64,000 nucleotides of DNA from Spirochaetia bacterium (lineage in GTDB: Bacteria > Spirochaetota > Spirochaetia > SZUA-6 > Bin103): the NCBI GenBank assembly GCA_965198005.1, contig CBDAOI010000004.1, positions 544,001-608,000 of the forward strand, read 5' to 3'. Of this stretch, positions 54,400 to 64,000 are shown in pieces (within the stretch, counting starts at the first letter, position 1; every line of letters starts with the position of its first letter). Below the pieces are notes generated by a model. It did no database searches, was not told the DNA's origin, and worked only from the letters and a program-made list of their open reading frames with translations. Made by a program: the position numbers and the translations under genes.

Positions 54400-56913
54400 A
54401 TGGGAATCAAGACCCGCATCGGCACCATCGTCGTCGCCTTCATGGCGGTGATGATCGCGGGGTTGCTGTTGGCCGGATACCAGCGTGAAGAGTTGCTGCG
54501 CACGCAACTCGACCAGACCGAGATCGGCGGCAGTCGGGCGCTGTGGGGGAAGATCGTCGAGACCGGGATCCAGCGGATGCGTGAGCTCACGCCGATCGTC
54601 GAGCAGGACGCTCCGTTGCGCGCCGCGCTCGTCAGCGACGATCGCGGGCACATTTCGGAGGCTGCCGCGGACGTGCTGGCCCGGTTGCAGAGCACCGGCG
54701 ACGTAACCCGTCTCGATCTCGTGTCTCCGGCGCGGGAAGTGATGTATTCGTCGATGCCGGCGTTCGAACCCACCGCGGCGGCCAGCGCGGACGCTCTGGA
54801 AGCGATGATCGCCGAGCGCCGGGGCCGCAGCGGGGTGGCCATCGACGCGGCGCGCAACGTGACGCTGTCGGTGGGCGTGCTGCTGTACGACGAGGACGGG
54901 GCGCCGCTGGCCGTCGCCATCTGCGCGACCGACATCGTGCACGCACTGTCCGAGCTGAAGGAGGACACCGGCGCGGAGGCGCTGATCGTGAACCGGCGCG
55001 GCCGCCTGCTGGTCGGCACCGATCGGCAGATCTGGGACGCGGTGAGCGGCTCGGCCTGGCTCCGGGACCGCTCCGCGCAGGAGCTGCGCAGCGGCGATCG
55101 CGTGTTCTCGCTGGCCGCCTTCCCGCTGGTCGCCGAGCTGGGCAACCTGGTGGCGCAGGTGGTTACGGTGCGCGACGTGAGCGCGGCCTACGCCGAGCAG
55201 CGCCGGGTGAGCTGGATAACCTTCGCCGCGATCGGCGGCTTCCTGCTGCTGTCGCTGGTGGCCCTGTCGTACTACCTGCGCCGTGCCCTCTCGCCCCTGA
55301 CCGACGGGGTCGAGGTACTGGATGCGCTGTCGCGCGGCGATACGCAGGTGACCGTCAAGGTGGGCTACGAGCACGGCAACGACGAGCTGGCGCGCATCGC
55401 CGAGGCGGTCAACACCTTCCGCATCCAGACCCTCGCGCTGCGCCGCCACCGCCGCCGGGCGGCGCGCCGGCAGCGCCAGCAGGAACGATTCATCCGCAGC
55501 GAGATGACGCGCCTCTCCGCCACCCTGAACGAGGAAGAACGCCAGGACATTCTCAGCGATCTGGCCGAGATCGAGGCCCCGGCTGCGCCGGCTGCGCAGG
55601 AGCACCCGGAACTGACCGGCGACGGGGACCCGGGAGGCGGTCTGCAGGTGATGGGGTTCGCGTTCCGGAAGATGGCCGATCGGGTGGGGCGGCAACAGCA
55701 ACGGCTGCGGACGCTGGTAGCCGAGTTGCAGGAGGCGCTGCGTACCCGGACCGCCTACATGGCCCTGCAGCACGACCTCCAGATCGCGACCCGCGTGCAG
55801 CGTTCGTTTCTCCCCGGCGAGCGCCTGGACGCCGGCGGCGCGCACATCCATGCGACCATGCACACGGCCAAGGAGGTGGGCGGCGACTTCTACGACTTCT
55901 TTCCGCTCGACCAGGATCGCATCGGGATCGTGATCGGCGACGTCGTCGGCAAGGGGGTGCCGGCGTCCCTGTTCATGGCCGTCACCCGCACGGTGATCCG
56001 CGCCACCGCGCGCTACCTGGAGGATGGACCCGGCAAGTGTCTGGAGATGGTCAACGAGACGCTGACCGATGCGTCGCGGGCGGACGTCTTCGTGACCGTG
56101 TTCTACGGCATCTTCGACCGCCGGGACGGCCGTCTGCGGTATTCGAATGGCGGCCATAACCCGCCGGTGCTGGTCGCTCCGGGACAGGCCGAGCTGCTGC
56201 CGCTGACCGGCGGCGTGGCGCTGGCGATGTTCGACGGCCTCACCTACGGCGATGGGGAGGTGACGGTTCCCCCGAGCGGCAAGCTGTTTCTCTACACCGA
56301 CGGGGTGCCCGAGTCGACCAACGTGCATGAGGAGGAATTCGGTTACGACCGGATGCGGGAAAACCTGCTGTCGAGCGCGGACCGCAGTCCCAGCGACACG
56401 ATCGAGACCATGCTGCGGCGAGTCGAGGCGTTTGCCGGGGCGGCGCCGCAATTCGACGACATCGCCATGCTGGTCCTCAGCCGTGAGCAGGCCGCCGACC
56501 GAATCGTGGTCCACCGCTTCTCGCTACGCAACGACTTGGCCGAGATCCCCCGTGCCACGGGCGAGCTGGCCGAGTTCGCGAAGCGTGGTGGTATCGACGC
56601 GGCCGACACCAGGAAGCTGCAGATGGCCCTCGCCGACGTGCTCACCACCACCATCGACTACCGGCTGCCGGCGGGCAGCACGTACGAGATCGCCGTTCGG
56701 GCTTTGCTCGAAGATGGCACGGTGGAGGTGGCGGTGGACGACGACGGCGCCCCGTACGAGCTGGTGGATCCACCGTCGGACATTGACCCCGAGGAACGCT
56801 ACGTAAGCCAGGCCGGCGGCAAGATCGTGCGCCCCATGCAGATGGACGACGTGGACTCCGCTACGGTTGGCGGGCACAATCGGCTCATCATGCGCAAACG
56901 GGTCGTGGCGTGA
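54400..56913 (+). CDS. Membrane sensor-HAMP-SpoIIE (PP2C) phosphatase with a C-terminal HATPase_c_2-like domain
   Basis: EVGGDFYD, GDVVGKGVPA, NGGH, YTDG, FDDIAML; tail with DDG but no canonical N box or GLG. Confidence 0.9.
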   Translation: MGIKTRIGTIVVAFMAVMIAGLLLAGYQREELLRTQLDQTEIGGSRALWGKIVETGIQRMRELTPIVEQDAPLRAALVSDDRGHISEAAADVLARLQSTGDVTRLDLVSPAREVMYSSMPAFEPTAAASADALEAMIAERRGRSGVAIDAARNVTLSVGVLLYDEDGAPLAVAICATDIVHALSELKEDTGAEALIVNRRGRLLVGTDRQIWDAVSGSAWLRDRSAQELRSGDRVFSLAAFPLVAELGNLVAQVVTVRDVSAAYAEQRRVSWITFAAIGGFLLLSLVALSYYLRRALSPLTDGVEVLDALSRGDTQVTVKVGYEHGNDELARIAEAVNTFRIQTLALRRHRRRAARRQRQQERFIRSEMTRLSATLNEEERQDILSDLAEIEAPAAPAAQEHPELTGDGDPGGGLQVMGFAFRKMADRVGRQQQRLRTLVAELQEALRTRTAYMALQHDLQIATRVQRSFLPGERLDAGGAHIHATMHTAKEVGGDFYDFFPLDQDRIGIVIGDVVGKGVPASLFMAVTRTVIRATARYLEDGPGKCLEMVNETLTDASRADVFVTVFYGIFDRRDGRLRYSNGGHNPPVLVAPGQAELLPLTGGVALAMFDGLTYGDGEVTVPPSGKLFLYTDGVPESTNVHEEEFGYDRMRENLLSSADRSPSDTIETMLRRVEAFAGAAPQFDDIAMLVLSREQAADRIVVHRFSLRNDLAEIPRATGELAEFAKRGGIDAADTRKLQMALADVLTTTIDYRLPAGSTYEIAVRALLEDGTVEVAVDDDGAPYELVDPPSDIDPEERYVSQAGGKIVRPMQMDDVDSATVGGHNRLIMRKRVVA

Positions 56914-56929
56914 GGGAGAGGCTCGGATA

Positions 56930-57580
56930 ATGCTCAGGTTTTCCGAAGAGATCAATTTGCTGCTGCTCGACGACGGAGGTGGTACGTTCGTCGACTTGCC
57001 GCCGCACGCGCTCGAGTTCGCCCTGGCCGGCGCCGTGCTGATGGATCTTGCCCTGGAGGGCCGCATCGATACCGATCCGCAGCGGCTGTTCGTCGTGGAC
57101 CCGGCACCGGTGGATGACGATTTGCTCGATCCGACGCTGCGCCTCATCGTGAATTCACTGGTGACCCACGACACGCGGCATTGGCTCCAGGAGGTAACCT
57201 CGACCGCCGATGACATCCGCGAACGCTCGCTCGCCCGGCTGGTCGAACGGGGCGTGTTGCGGCAGGAGCGGGGCCGGTTCCTGTGGGTGTTCCGTACCCG
57301 GCGCTATCCGGTGCTGGACAACCAGCCGGTGCGTGAGGTGAAGCTGCGGATCATGGACGTGCTGCGCAGCACTGACATCCCCGACGTGCGGGACCTGGTG
57401 ATCATCGCGCTGGCGGACGTATGCGGTATATTCGGGAGTCTGCTCTCCCGGCAGGAACTGGCGGCGATCACGCCGCGCATCCGCCAGCTCGGCAAGCTGG
57501 ATCTGATTGCCCGCGAAGTCACCCTGGCGGTGCGGGAAATCGAATCGGCTCTCGCCTTCTCAATGGTGACGGTGCACTGA
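56930..57580 (+). CDS. GPP34/GOLPH3-family protein
   Basis: FSEEINLLLLDD, LAGAVLMDLALEGRI, LVERGVL..FLWVF..RYP. Confidence 0.85.
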   Translation: MLRFSEEINLLLLDDGGGTFVDLPPHALEFALAGAVLMDLALEGRIDTDPQRLFVVDPAPVDDDLLDPTLRLIVNSLVTHDTRHWLQEVTSTADDIRERSLARLVERGVLRQERGRFLWVFRTRRYPVLDNQPVREVKLRIMDVLRSTDIPDVRDLVIIALADVCGIFGSLLSRQELAAITPRIRQLGKLDLIAREVTLAVREIESALAFSMVTVH

Positions 57581-57606
57581 GTGAGGCGGGCGGGCCGGCG
57601 GCCGCG

Positions 57607-57945
57607 TCAGCCGGCGACCGCCGCCACGGCCTCGGATCTGGCCGCGTGCACCGCAATGATCCGGTCGAAGCCGCTGATCTCGAACACCTCGCGAATCGAC
57701 TCCGAGAGCGAGCAGAGCGCGAACCTGGCCTGCTGCCGCTGCAGCTTCCGAGCGATCAGCAACATCGCGCGCAGGCCCGAGCTGCTGATGTAGGAGAGCT
57801 GCTCGAGATCCATGACCACGGCGCGGTCTCCGTCGTCGATCACCGCCTCCAGATCATCCTGGAATTGTTGTGAGTTGCTGCCGTCAATCCGACCTGCAGC
57901 CTTCACGATCAAGGCTGCTGCTTCCCGTTCCGTGCTGATTTCCAC
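57607..57945 (-). CDS. STAS anti-sigma-factor antagonist (RsbV/SpoIIAA-like)
   Basis: GRIDG, LSYISSSGLR (phospho-Ser motif), VFEISGF. Confidence 0.9.
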   Translation of the reverse strand: MEISTEREAAALIVKAAGRIDGSNSQQFQDDLEAVIDDGDRAVVMDLEQLSYISSSGLRAMLLIARKLQRQQARFALCSLSESIREVFEISGFDRIIAVHAARSEAVAAVAG

Positions 57946-58111
57946 TCAACTCTCTCCTGTCCCGAGGTCACGAGACGGCGCGCGCGGCGCGAACGTGCCG
58001 CGAGGGTCCTCGCGAGGACCCTAAGGATTAACGTCCATCGCGCGTCACGGCGGCGCCGCCGGAACGGTACCGGCGGCGCCCCGTTGACGTTGATGAACGG
58101 CTGGTGTCCGA

Positions 58112-58699
58112 CTAACCGGGCGTGTGAAGGAACTCGGCGTCGATCTCGAGCCGCACGTCGTTGGCGACGATCAGGCCGCCGTTGTCCATCGTCCTGCTCC
58201 ACGACACGCCGAAGTCGTGGCGGTTGATCGTGGCGCGGCCCTCGATGCCGACACGGACGCCATCCGGCGCGGCCATCGGTCCGGCGATGGTGATCGGCAG
58301 CTCGATCTCGCGGGTGACGCCGCGGATCGTGAGGTCGCCGCGCACCACGTAGCCGTCGTCGGTCATGGCGAGGCTGGTGCTCTCGAAGGTGATGGTGGGA
58401 TGGTTGGCGACGTCGAAGAAGTCGGCGCTACGCAGGTGGTTGTCGCGCTGGTCGTTGTTGGTGTCGATGCTGGCGACCTGGATGGTGGCCATCAGCGAGA
58501 AGCTCGACATGTCCGCGGGGTCGAAGTTGAAGCTGGCGTCGAAGTCGTTGAACGAACCGGTCGTCTTGGCGAGCACCATGTGGGCTACGCGAAAGCCGAC
58601 GTTGGTGTGCGGATGGTCGACTTTGAACTCCGCGGCCAGCGCGGTGTGGGCGGCGAGCACGAGGGCTACGCACGCGAAGGCTACAGACCTGAATTTCAT
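58112..58699 (-). CDS. yceI: YceI-family lipid/polyisoprenoid-binding protein
   Basis: DHPHTNVGF, SIDT..RDNHLRSADFFD, GDLTIRGVT. Confidence 0.9.
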   Translation of the reverse strand: MKFRSVAFACVALVLAAHTALAAEFKVDHPHTNVGFRVAHMVLAKTTGSFNDFDASFNFDPADMSSFSLMATIQVASIDTNNDQRDNHLRSADFFDVANHPTITFESTSLAMTDDGYVVRGDLTIRGVTREIELPITIAGPMAAPDGVRVGIEGRATINRHDFGVSWSRTMDNGGLIVANDVRLEIDAEFLHTPG

Positions 58700-58825
58700 C
58701 GGGTCCTCCTTGTGGCAGGATTTCCTGCTGATTTGAGTGTCACACGAGAACATGCCGCGCGCACGGCAGCGTGTCAAGTACACGAGGCGCGCCGGGCGCG
58801 CCGGCGCCCGCCCATGATCGCAGGT

Positions 58826-59617
58826 TCAGTCCCAGATGCCGGCCGCGGTCAGGTCGGCCGCCACCCGCTCCGCCCAGCCGCGGTTGGCGGCGGGGCTGGC
58901 CGGGCTCGGATGCAGTATCGCGAGGCAGCGCGGGCGCTCCGCAGCGGGCACCCGGGCGGCGACCCGGTGCGCGGCCCGGGTGGCGAATGCGCCCACGCCC
59001 ACCAGCCAGCGCGGGCGGAGCTGGGCGATCACCCGCGCCAGGTGGCGGTCGCACGCCTCCAGCAACGGCGTCCGTTCGGCGGCGGGCAGCCGGTCCGGCG
59101 TGCGGTTGCGTCCCGAGCGCTCCAGGAACATCAGCGGACAGTAGTTCACCACGAACTGTCCGGCTGCGCCGAAGAACGCCGCCGGCCGCCCGAACCGGTC
59201 GCGGAACAGCCCCCACAGCCGGCTGCCGCTCACCTCCCGCCGCCGGCAGGCGAAGCCGTCGACCGGCCGCCGGGGGTGGACCAGCGCCGGCGGCCGTACC
59301 GCACACTCGATCCCCAGCCACTCGCGCACCAGCGCCACGTCGCCGAACGGCACACCGGTCTGGGCCATGCCGAACGGTCCCGGGTTCATTCCCAGGAACA
59401 CGGTACGGGCCTGCGCCGGGGCGTGCCGCTCGACGTATGCCTGGAACCCGCACCACGCGTACTCGAGCGGCGCGTACACGCACTGCACGGGATCCGCGAA
59501 CCGCAGCTCGGTCAGGGCGGCGCCCAGCGCGCGTGCCGCGTTCAGCAGTTCGGTGGCGGCGGCGCGCCGGTGCGCCGGCATGCGCAACCGCGCCGCGGCC
59601 GACAGGTGAAGGTCCAC
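58826..59617 (-). CDS. SMUG1-type uracil-DNA glycosylase (family 3)
   Basis: GMNPGPFGMAQTGVPFG, EVSG, NYCPL, HPSP. Confidence 0.92.
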   Translation of the reverse strand: MDLHLSAAARLRMPAHRRAAATELLNAARALGAALTELRFADPVQCVYAPLEYAWCGFQAYVERHAPAQARTVFLGMNPGPFGMAQTGVPFGDVALVREWLGIECAVRPPALVHPRRPVDGFACRRREVSGSRLWGLFRDRFGRPAAFFGAAGQFVVNYCPLMFLERSGRNRTPDRLPAAERTPLLEACDRHLARVIAQLRPRWLVGVGAFATRAAHRVAARVPAAERPRCLAILHPSPASPAANRGWAERVAADLTAAGIWD

Positions 59618-59653
59618 GGTCCGACTGATTATAATTGATTATAGTACCTGTGC

Positions 59654-60721
59654 TTGGCGCAGCCCTATGACGTGATCTCGCCCGCCATGCAGGCCGCCTA
59701 CTACGAGCAGCACCCGTACAACGTCGTGCGGCTGATCCTCGGCCGCGAGCATGCCGCCGATACCGCCACCGACAACCGCTATGCCCGGGCCGCGGCCACG
59801 CTCGCGAGCTGGCGGCAGCGCGGCGTGCTGCGGCACGCGGTCCGGCCGTCGTTCTGGGTCTACGAGCAGCGGTTCAACCTGCCCGGAAGCGGCGAGCGCC
59901 GGGTGCACGGCTTCATCGGCCTGGTCCGGCTGCAGGACTACGCCGCCGGTCTCATCCTGCCGCATGAGCAGGTCATGCGCGGCGTGGTGCACGATCGGCT
60001 CCGGCTGATGCGCGCCACCAATCTGCAGATGGAGTACATCTGGTCGATCTATCAGGATCGCGCGTATGCGATCGACGACATGCTGAACAGCGTTGCGCGC
60101 GACCCTCCGGTGCTCGACCACGTGGAGCAGCCGCAGATCCGGATCGCGGCGCCCGGATAACGCGGATGATGCGCGAGCACGCGCTCTTCATCGCGGACGG
60201 CCACCACCGCTATCAGACCATGCTCACCTTCCGCGACGAGATGCGCCGCCGCCATCCGGACGGCCGGTCGCGACGCGCCGTGGGAGTTCATCATGATGTT
60301 CCTGGTCAACAGTGAGCACCAGGGGCTGACGGTGCTGCCCACCCACCGGGTGCTGCACGACCTCGACCTGGCCGATCGGCGGGCGCTGGTAGGGCCGATC
60401 ATGCAGCACTTCCGGGTCAAGATGTACACCCACGCCGCGGCCGGCCGGGCGGAGGCGCAGCGACGGTGGCTGCGCGACCTGGCGGACCTGGAGCCGGGCG
60501 AGCACAAGATCGGGGCGTACGTGCGCAACAGCGGCTGCTACGCCCTGGCGGCGGTCGACCGGCGCACGGCCGACGTGGCGTTGCTGCTCAATCCCACCCG
60601 GCTGGAAGACGTGCTGGAGATCGCGCGCGCCGGCGAGCGCATGCCGCGCAAGTCCACTCACTTCTATCCGAAGCCGGTGTCCGGGCTCGTCTTCTATCCG
60701 ATGGATTATCCGATGGATTGA
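59654..60721 (+). pseudogene. DUF1015-family protein, fragmented
   Basis: PYDVIS, PHE, IADGHHRY, LPTHR and KSTHFYPK are spread over several frames with a stop at 60160; the N-terminus appears truncated. Confidence 0.75.
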
Positions 60722-60765
60722 CAGCGCGGCAGGTGCCTTTCGTAGACTGGCACGCAAGTCAGCCA

Positions 60766-62214
60766 GTGCGCTCTCCCGGTCAGAATTCATCGATTTCATC
60801 CTGCGCCGTCCGCACCAGCGCCGTTGCGGTGCTCATCTGCTCGGTCATCCTGTGCGGGTGCGCGGGGTTCTCGGAGATCCGCCGCACCGAACAGTTCCTC
60901 ACCGAGTACTCCGCCGGCGAATACCAGGCTGCGAGCGCGGTGCTCGGCGGCGACACCGGCCTCGACTACGACGCGCAGGAGCTACTCATTTCCCTGCACG
61001 CCGGCATGGCGCTACGGGCCGCGGGCCGCAGCGCCGACTCGCAAGTCGCGTTCGACCGCGCCGAGGCGCAACTGCTGTGGAAGTCCGACTCGATCGCCAG
61101 CGTCGAGGACCTGCTGTCCGCCGGACTCACCGTGGTGGGCAACGATCTCATGGTCTCCTATCGGGGTACCATCTACGACGGCGTGCTGGTCAACACCTTC
61201 AAGGCGATGAACTCGATGCTGCTGGACGACGCGGCCCGCGCCCGGGTGGAGTTGAACCGGGCCGACCAGCGGCAGCAGAACGCGGTGCACCAGCTCGCCG
61301 CCAAGGTGCGGGCGCTGGGCGCCGGCGAGGAAGACGAGGAGCAGTACCAGGAGCACGTCGACCGCTCCCTGTCCGAGGTGATGGATCCGGACGGGCCCGT
61401 GGCCGCGCGGCTCGAGGCGGTGGAGGAGCTGGGACAGTACCGTGACCTGCGCAATCCGTTCACCGACTGGCTGCACGGCACCTTCCGGCTGGCGACCGGC
61501 GAGGCCAACCGCGCCTCCAACCTGTTCCGCAATGCGGCGGTGCTGGACGGCCGGCGCAACCGCCACGTGCTGGCCGACCTGGTGGAGGCCGAGCGGCTCG
61601 CGAGCGGCGGCCGCGGCGCCGCTGACGGGCGGGTCTGGGTGGTGCATGAGGACGGCGTCGGACCGTACCTCACCGAGTTCCGCTTCGATCTGCCGATATT
61701 CACCGGCGCCGGCGTGCTGATCGTCTCCGCCGCACTGCCCGAGTTCCGTCCGGGGTCACCGGCTGCGGGCTCGTTGCGGCTCGAGGCCGACGGCCAGGCG
61801 TACCAGACCGAGTTGCTCCTGAACGTCGACCGCTACGCTGCGACCGAGTTCCAGGCCGGCTACGACGCGGTGGTGTTCAAGGCCGTGGCCGGCACCGTGA
61901 TCAGGACCCTGCTGCAGCTCGAGATCCAGCGCCAGGCGGAAGAGCACGGCGGGCTGGCGTCGGTGCTGAACGTGCTCGCCCCGATCGCTTCGCTGGTGGT
62001 GACTCGGGCCGACACCCGCATCTGGCGGGCGCTGCCGCAGGCGGTCGGCGTGGCCAGTCTGCCGCGGCCCGGCGACGGCCGGCTGCGAATTACCGGCGCC
62101 GGCGTGGCCCACGATCTCACGCTGCCGCCCGGGCGGTTCGTCATGGTGGTGATCAAGACTGTTCGGCGGGGCGCCCCGACCGCGATCCAGGTTGCGGCGT
62201 TCGGCGACCGATAG
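60766..62214 (+). CDS. COG3014-like lipoprotein
   Basis: Lipobox LCGC, YRG..YD..NTFKA, ARVE, ADTRIWRALP; directly upstream of lpoB. Confidence 0.75.
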   Translation: MRSPGQNSSISSCAVRTSAVAVLICSVILCGCAGFSEIRRTEQFLTEYSAGEYQAASAVLGGDTGLDYDAQELLISLHAGMALRAAGRSADSQVAFDRAEAQLLWKSDSIASVEDLLSAGLTVVGNDLMVSYRGTIYDGVLVNTFKAMNSMLLDDAARARVELNRADQRQQNAVHQLAAKVRALGAGEEDEEQYQEHVDRSLSEVMDPDGPVAARLEAVEELGQYRDLRNPFTDWLHGTFRLATGEANRASNLFRNAAVLDGRRNRHVLADLVEAERLASGGRGAADGRVWVVHEDGVGPYLTEFRFDLPIFTGAGVLIVSAALPEFRPGSPAAGSLRLEADGQAYQTELLLNVDRYAATEFQAGYDAVVFKAVAGTVIRTLLQLEIQRQAEEHGGLASVLNVLAPIASLVVTRADTRIWRALPQAVGVASLPRPGDGRLRITGAGVAHDLTLPPGRFVMVVIKTVRRGAPTAIQVAAFGDR

Positions 62215-62278
62215 TGGTATATTGAAGGCAGAAGAAAAGGCAGAAAGAAGACGATGATCACGTATGGGAGGAAATAGA

Positions 62279-62902
62279 ATGAAGTCGTTCATCGGTCCCG
62301 CCATCGGACTGGCGGTCCTGCTGCTGGTCAGTTGCAAGACCACGCCCGTCTACGTGGATACGGATCGCCCGCCCCCGCAGCCCGGGGAAGCAACCACGCT
62401 CGGACTCGACTATCGCGACTTCGAGTACGCGGCCGAGCAGGCGGTGGATTCGTTCCTGAGCAGTCCGCTGTCGTTCAAGCCCGGCAGCACCCAGCCGTGG
62501 GTGATGGCGATCAGCCGCATGGTCAACGACACCACGCTCAACCTCGACACCGATCAACTGGTGAAGAAGATCCGCATCGACCTGCTCAACAGTGGCCGCG
62601 TGATGGTGACCACGGCGGTCGGGCTGGAGGGGCCTGAAGACCCGTTGAGCGCCAAGACGCGCGAGCTGCAGGATTCGGAGCTGTTCGATCAGGACACGGT
62701 CGCCGAGGACGGCACCATGATCGCGCCCGAGCTGAGCCTGTCCGGCAAGATCATCCAGCGCACCAACACGGTCGACGGCAAGCAGCAGGTCGACTACTAC
62801 TTCCAGCTCACCACGACCAACATCGAGACCGGCCTGGCGTACTGGGAGTTCGAGCAGGTGATCGTCAAGCAGGGAGACAACAAGAGCTTTGCGTGGCAGT
62901 AG
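62279..62902 (+). CDS. lpoB: Penicillin-binding protein activator LpoB-like lipoprotein
   Basis: Lipobox LVSC, DYRDF, NDT, LLNSG, LSGKI, ETG..W. Confidence 0.8.
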   Translation: MKSFIGPAIGLAVLLLVSCKTTPVYVDTDRPPPQPGEATTLGLDYRDFEYAAEQAVDSFLSSPLSFKPGSTQPWVMAISRMVNDTTLNLDTDQLVKKIRIDLLNSGRVMVTTAVGLEGPEDPLSAKTRELQDSELFDQDTVAEDGTMIAPELSLSGKIIQRTNTVDGKQQVDYYFQLTTTNIETGLAYWEFEQVIVKQGDNKSFAWQ

Positions 62903-62909
62903 CGCCCGG

Positions 62910-64000
62910 ATGGCGCTGCGGCTGAGCGTCGCGGCGCTGTGGTCGGTTCTGGTCGTGGGCGGCGTGCACGCGCAGGTGGCGACCGAGAGCTCCGAGGTGC
63001 GCGGCCTCGGGGCGACCGAGGCGGAAGCGGTGCGGAACGCGTTGCAGCAAGCGGCCTTGCAGCTCTGCGGCGTATCGGTGCGGCCGGCCGAGTCGTCCAC
63101 GGTGTCGTTCGCGGTGCAGGGCGATAGTGTCAAGTTCATTGCGTGGATCAACGAACGGATCCAGGTTGCCACGGGCAAGGAGGACTGCCGCTTCCTTGGC
63201 TACGACGTGCTGAGCGCGGTCCGGGAGGACGACGGCATCCGCGTCCGGGTGCGGGTCGAGCACGCCACCTATCGCGTGCCGGGCGCCGCCGTGGAGCGCC
63301 GCCGGCTGGCGGTGCTGGAGTTCGTGCTGGACGAGGTGCATCTGTACGGCACCGGCGGCGGGCGCGAGCAGCGCAGCGGCGGCCGGGTCGTGCGGCGCGG
63401 GGTGGACGTGGACTACGACCTGATCCGCAACCTGCAGGAACGGTTCCGGGCGCGGATCGAGGAGCTGTTGACCCAGAGCCGGCGGTTCACGGTGCTCGAC
63501 CGGCGCGCCGGCGACCTGTACGAGCGGGAGAAGAGGCTGCTCGAATCGGCCGACGTCGACCCCGCGGAGGGGGCGCGGCTGGGCAAGGTGCTGGGCGCCG
63601 ACTACCTGCTGTACGGCACCGTCGACCGCATCGCGGTGGAGCACGAGCGCAAGGAAATCCGGATCAGCGGCGAGACGCAGGAGCGTACGCTCGGCGCCGT
63701 CCGGGCGCGCTACACGCTGCTCACCGTAGCCACCCGGCAGGTGCAGTGGTCCTCGTCGCTGGAGTTGGAGTTGATCCCGGAGGACGATGACCTCCGTCCG
63801 GAGCGGGTCGCGGAAGCGCTGCTCGATCAGCTCGGCGCGCAGGTCGCCGAGGAGGTGACGGGGAGCATCTATCCGCCGGTGGTCACCCAGGTCACCGGCC
63901 CGCGCGGCTTCGTGGTGAACCGCGGCGGCAAGACGGTGCGCACGGGAGATCTGTTCGAGGTGTTCGCGCTCGGAGAGATGCTGGTCGACCCGGACACGGG
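62910..64000 (+). CDS. CsgG/HfaB/FlgT-like envelope protein; runs off the window
   Basis: Signal peptide, GATEAEAVRNAL, RFTVLDR, LGKVLGADYLLYG. Confidence 0.7.
   Translation, partial: MALRLSVAALWSVLVVGGVHAQVATESSEVRGLGATEAEAVRNALQQAALQLCGVSVRPAESSTVSFAVQGDSVKFIAWINERIQVATGKEDCRFLGYDVLSAVREDDGIRVRVRVEHATYRVPGAAVERRRLAVLEFVLDEVHLYGTGGGREQRSGGRVVRRGVDVDYDLIRNLQERFRARIEELLTQSRRFTVLDRRAGDLYEREKRLLESADVDPAEGARLGKVLGADYLLYGTVDRIAVEHERKEIRISGETQERTLGAVRARYTLLTVATRQVQWSSSLELELIPEDDDLRPERVAEALLDQLGAQVAEEVTGSIYPPVVTQVTGPRGFVVNRGGKTVRTGDLFEVFALGEMLVDPDT

Noticed and set aside
53275-56514. 1079-aa minus-strand ORF, and similar ones at 51680-53383, 46572-48155 and 24388-26001
   Set aside because: Antisense shadows of motif-supported genes on the other strand.

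Overview
GC-rich bacterial chromosome window with housekeeping blocks (Lhr helicase, YcgR/YcgQ-like permease cluster, purEK, SMUG1, lpoB cluster) interleaved with decayed accessory DNA. Main items: (1) a decayed defence island at about 11.9-19.1 kb (mcrBC pseudogenes, intact hicBA, an MmeI-type R-M gene cut off by tandem tyrosine recombinases). (2) A four-gene DUF499/small protein/DUF1156/PLD-SNF2 restriction-like system at 26.3-48.1 kb. It is split by a 10,469-bp element (33996-44464) with 15-bp terminal inverted repeats, a perfect 9-bp target duplication (TCGTCATGT) and no intact transposase. The element carries two lower-GC peptide ABC clusters, two internally deleted group II introns and a ~125-bp tandem repeat. 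(3) An intact, tightly coupled signalling operon at 50.0-57.9 kb: RsbW-like kinase, orphan membrane sensor, sensor-HAMP-MFS fusion, orphan solute-binding protein, HAMP-SpoIIE phosphatase with a degenerate kinase tail, GPP34/GOLPH3 protein and a convergent STAS protein. This operon is my best candidate for an undescribed system. Many accessory genes carry clean internal deletions. I saw no tRNA, rRNA or CRISPR. All family calls come from motif recognition by eye; no searches were run.
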